Source: a candidate division WOR-3 bacterium (GTDB taxonomy: Bacteria > Hydrothermota > 32-111). From it: a stretch of 64,000 nt of DNA. The notes below the pieces were generated by a model, which searched no databases, was not told where the DNA came from, and saw nothing but the letters and a program-made list of their open reading frames with translations. A program made the position numbers and the translations under genes. Location of the stretch: NCBI GenBank assembly GCA_039804205.1, contig JBDRZY010000001.1, forward strand, positions 354,595-418,594, given 5' to 3'. Positions within the stretch are counted from its first letter, which is position 1, and each line of letters opens with the position of its first letter. Below are positions 63,363 through 64,000 of this stretch, in pieces.

Positions 63363-64000
63363 ATGCATAAAAAATTGTTTATACCAGGTCCAACCGAAGT
63401 TGTGAAGGAAGTAAGGGAAGCCATGGCCTGTGAGATGATAGGTCATAGAATGAAGGAGTTTACTGAACTTTACAATCAGGTGATTCCCAAATTACAGCAG
63501 GTTCTCTATACGAAAAACAGAGTGTTGCTTTTCACATCTTCAGCAACTGGATGTATGGAGAGTGTTGTGAGAAACCTGTCAAACAAAAAGATACTTTCAT
63601 GTATGTGTGGTGCTTTCTCTGACAGATGGTATGATATCGCAGTTTTGAATGGTAAAAAAACGGATCCCTTAAAGGTTGAATGGGGATACGCTATAAAACC
63701 TGAGATGATAGATGAAAAATTGAAAACTGGTGAGTACGATCTTGTAACTCTTGTCCATAACGAAACATCAACTGGAGTGAAAAACCCAATAGAGGAAATC
63801 GCAGAGGTTATGAAAAAATATCCTGATGTGATTTTTGCTGTTGATGCTGTTTCATCACTCACAGGTTATAAAATCGATGTGGATGCTCTTGGAATTGATG
63901 TTATACTTGCCGGTGTTCAGAAATGTTTTGCTCTTCCACCAGGACTCGCTGTGATGACAGTTTCACAGAAGGCAGCGGAAAAAGCAAAAACTGTTGAAAA
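63363..64000 (+). CDS. Class V PLP aminotransferase (alanine-glyoxylate/serine-pyruvate type); 3'-truncated and absent from the ORF track
   Basis: Translates MHKKLFIPGPTEV...IGHR...VHNETSTGV...DAVSS...QKCFALPPGL. Confidence 0.92.
   Translation, partial: MHKKLFIPGPTEVVKEVREAMACEMIGHRMKEFTELYNQVIPKLQQVLYTKNRVLLFTSSATGCMESVVRNLSNKKILSCMCGAFSDRWYDIAVLNGKKTDPLKVEWGYAIKPEMIDEKLKTGEYDLVTLVHNETSTGVKNPIEEIAEVMKKYPDVIFAVDAVSSLTGYKIDVDALGIDVILAGVQKCFALPPGLAVMTVSQKAAEKAKTVE

Overview
AT-rich, gene-dense chromosomal window from an anaerobic diderm bacterium. Four secreted proteins with T9SS/FlgD-like C-terminal domains, LolA-like proteins, lgt and [FeFe]-hydrogenase maturases suggest an FCB-related candidate phylum such as WOR-3/TA06 (inference only). 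Most of the content is housekeeping: rnr (partial), guaB, hydG/F/E, nth, dciA-gyrB, lpdA, lepB, phoH-pgpH-ybeY-recO, dnaG-rpoD, uppP, mnmA, lgt, pepP and five tRNAs. I found no CRISPR array, integrase, transposase or prophage. The most notable signals are: (1) a two-gene, apparently highly expressed operon encoding a Braun-Lpp-like coiled-coil lipoprotein and a paralogous coiled-coil-LysM protein, a candidate bipartite outer-membrane-to-peptidoglycan tether; (2) a 60-aa secreted beta-rich 'CCC' microprotein between two LolA-like genes; (3) a tandem-duplicated structured motif filling the 5' leader of the hydrogenase-maturation operon and overlapping its SD; (4) correctly spaced sigma54 -24/-12 promoters plus a shared upstream palindrome in front of both giant secreted proteases; (5) nine genes whose -10 box lies 6-8 nt before an SD-less ATG, indicating pervasive leaderless translation. 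All calls were made by eye from motifs; no database searches were run.
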